Shown here piece by piece: positions 61,227 through 64,000 of a stretch of DNA of 64,000 bases. How positions within the stretch are numbered: position 1 is the first letter of the stretch; every line of letters starts with the position of its first letter. This DNA is from Mobula hypostoma (Eukaryota), in the NCBI RefSeq assembly GCF_963921235.1, contig NC_086097.1:173106001-173170000 (forward strand), given 5' to 3'. Under the pieces are notes generated by a model. The model ran no database searches. It had not been told where the DNA came from and saw only the letters and a list, made by a program, of their open reading frames with translations. Both the position numbers and the translations under genes were made by a program.

Positions 61227-64000
61227 AAATTTTACACTGCAAGCATCTGTGATTTTGAGAGCACTTCCTGAAAGCTCAGTGGGAGATAGGCAAACAGGTC
61301 AACAAGGAAACAGTGGGCCAAAGAGCCCATTCTGTATTAATTCTATAACTCCATGACTCTACAGAATCAGATAGTGAAATTTCAATTTATCATAAGTAAT
61401 TGGGAGTTTAACCTACTGTAAGTGGAAAAGAATAACTGTAAAATTGCATTTAATACACTCAACTTGAACCATTGAAGAGTGTGTAAAAGCTGAATGCATG
61501 ATATTTTAATGAGAAAGCCTTTTTTAGATTGCTGATTTGCATATTTATCCAACAACATTACTGTTAATGCAAATCTCCAATAAAACGTGATATTTTGAGA
61601 ATAACAGATTTGGATGAAACCACCATCAAATCTGTGTACCTTAAAAATAGACTTTAAAATACGTGATATTACTACAGGCATTGTTCATACTACAGGATTC
61701 CAAGGGCATATGTGGTTTCTCTGCAAACAAGTTTCACCAACTCCTTTCCCCCATCAGCTCTGACTGCTAAACCCCTACCATCCTGCAAACACACCCCACT
61801 AAAACTTCTAATAACTGCGGGCTCTGAGCCTTTGACAAAGGTAATAGTCACTTTGGGAATACTGACAACACCAAGCAGACTTAGAATTGCAAATGCTCTC
61901 CAGAATTCAGAAGCCAAGAACTTAAATAGTCTCTTAATGATGAGTGATAGCCTTCCGCAGACCAATTAATTGGTCTCACTTACAGATGTGGTGCAATTTT
62001 ATTGTCAACACTTAATTTTGCTATTTTAATATGCATGGATTAAGAACTAAGACTTCTGCACATATTTACCATCAACAGAGACATTGTAGATTATTTCAAT
62101 TTATTCACATCCCCTGGTTTCATTTGAATGTTAAAGGGAACAGCTGGTTGACCAGATGAATGAGTGACTTAATTACCCTAGACTTGGAACTAGTGAAATA
62201 CTGTGAATTTACCACATATAAATTTATTGTGCCTCTGGCTCTTTAGGAAGTTTTGTTGCTTGGTGATTCTTTATGTTATGGACAGATTTATTGGATGGAA
62301 CACCTAATAAATTTACACGACTAAAAAATTCCTTTTCAGTATGCACAATACTTATCCCACATACCTGTTTAATAAATAGTTTATTTTTTAAAATGCAGCA
62401 ATAAGTTTTATAGAATGGATTTAGATGAATCATAATCCTTTGACATCTTTAGGCATAGAAATTTATCTTTGATAGTGCTAAGCAGCTCAATCAAAAAAAA
62501 TATTGATAGAAGTGTACAATGAATTTCCATATAATACTAGTGTAGTGTTGTAGTAGCTGAGGACAGATTTCTCACCTCCCGCGATGCCTATTTCAGGGCA
62601 ACATTAATTTACCACACTTCTCTACTAATATATCACCAACACCTTTTCAATATTATTTTGATTTAGACATATGTCTATGGGTAGAAACTGAACCCATTGC
62701 ATGTTTTAGTATATGATCTGTGGATAAAAGGCCATTAGCTCACACTAATGACCATTTCTGGGTCAACTGGCAGCAATCAAGAAATTGGTCTGTCATGTGA
62801 TTCTCACCATACAGCTGAAGTTTGCAAATGTTTGTTCCACTGCTGACAGACACTGGGGCTTTTCAGGGAATCTACTAACTTTTTGTTACTGATTAAACAG
62901 AAAGCAGGAGTACATTTCATTTCACTGTTTTCAGAAAAGCATCAGAAATTATGAGATGTGCTCTGTAACTTCAATGATCCACAAGCCACATCTCTCTTTC
63001 CAATTGTCAGGTTTATGTTATATGATCCCCTGGAGCTTCATTTAATAGTTACAGACTTTTAAAAATAATTTGTGATCATTGGCACCTTGTACAGCTTGCA
63101 GGTTGCAATAGAATGAGGGTACCTGTGGTCCAATCCAACCACTCACTGCACACTACTGCAGGGTGAGCGCCCAGCAATACAAGAAAGTACATTTTTCACA
63201 TCCATCCAATGGCCCACTTTACCTAACCACCCTGTGTTCAGCTGTAGTGCAGCTGCCTCAAAGTGTGTACTTTAAGAGCTATTTAACCTTCCAGTGGACA
63301 GCAAAGCAATAAGGCAGCAGCCATAAGCTCTGTGGGCATTTGGAATCATAAGAGCATAGAATCGCTCCGCAAAAGAATGGGCCATTTCAGCCCACTTCAT
63401 TCATGCCTACCTTGCCAGTTTGGCACCAGGTCAGAGGCAAGTAAAATTTCTGTCAGTAATTTAAGATGAGATCTGCTCAAACAATTTTTAACCAGCTTTT
63501 TCTGCAGTCTTATTTTTCTTTGTGGGCATCTAATCAGGCATTAGTGCCATGTGCACTGGTCATTTTGCACACCTAGAGGTAGAGAACTCCAATTTTCTAC
63601 ACATTAAAGAGGCAAAGGATTTATTAATAAAAAGCCACCATATTTATTGTATGTTATGGAGCAAAGATAAGATAATGCTCAGGGAAGAAAGAATCTGTTC
63701 TGGGTGAATGAGATTGAGACATATAACTTCTAAGAAAAGTATTTTTAACTTAATATACTCAAAACTGTTTATATGCAAAGAAAGTATAAAATTCAAGCAA
63801 AATAGTTTTCACATCATATTTCTCAAAAAGTTATGCACACATTCCAAGACAAGTATTACATCAACTGGCTTATGCAATATTTCTTCTCCTTAACTGACTC
63901 ATTTGAATATTATGATTTTTTTTAATAAAGTGGCAACAACTTGTAATTATGGGTGCCCTTCATATTGTTAAGTTCTCCTACTTTCTTTACTGACATAAAG

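Noticed and set aside
61690..61965. Candidate upstream VPS13B exon
   Set aside because: Translation does not resemble the expected upstream peptide (recalled as ...PQADNPLGRSVLRKDIYQ). I did not find that exon, nor the large downstream exon, in the window, although a by-eye miss is possible.
1..64000. CRISPR array, prokaryotic defence system or retron-like RT system
   Set aside because: No regularly spaced repeat-spacer array or operon structure; all RT sequences are vertebrate LINE types within a spliced gene.

Overview
Eukaryotic, AT-rich vertebrate DNA. The repeat content suggests a cartilaginous fish, probably a ray (inference). The window appears to lie inside the large gene VPS13B (COH1), transcribed on the minus strand. 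Three internal coding exons are recognisable (31138-30935, 21105-20982, 20183-20040; 204, 124 and 144 nt), with canonical AG/GT sites and compatible phases. The rest is intron packed with transposable elements: CR1 LINEs (including a nested stack at about 8.6-17.6 kb and a near-full-length copy at 57.1-61.2 kb), Rex1/Babar-type LINE remnants, an RTE derivative, a tRNA SINE, a complete IR/DR Tc1 (DD34E), a Tigger/pogo derivative, a hAT MITE, a decayed Gypsy element and a solo LTR. The most striking unexplained structure is a family of short, TSD-flanked, head-to-head palindromic insertions. Their arms carry a minimal type I hammerhead ribozyme motif (UAGUC-CUGACGA-A-GGGUCUYGGCCY-GAA-ACGU-C/GACUG), as described for Penelope-like retroelements. 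A second, unrelated palindromic family has a variant hammerhead core. Everything was read by eye; no searches or folding were run, and boundaries of old elements are approximate.
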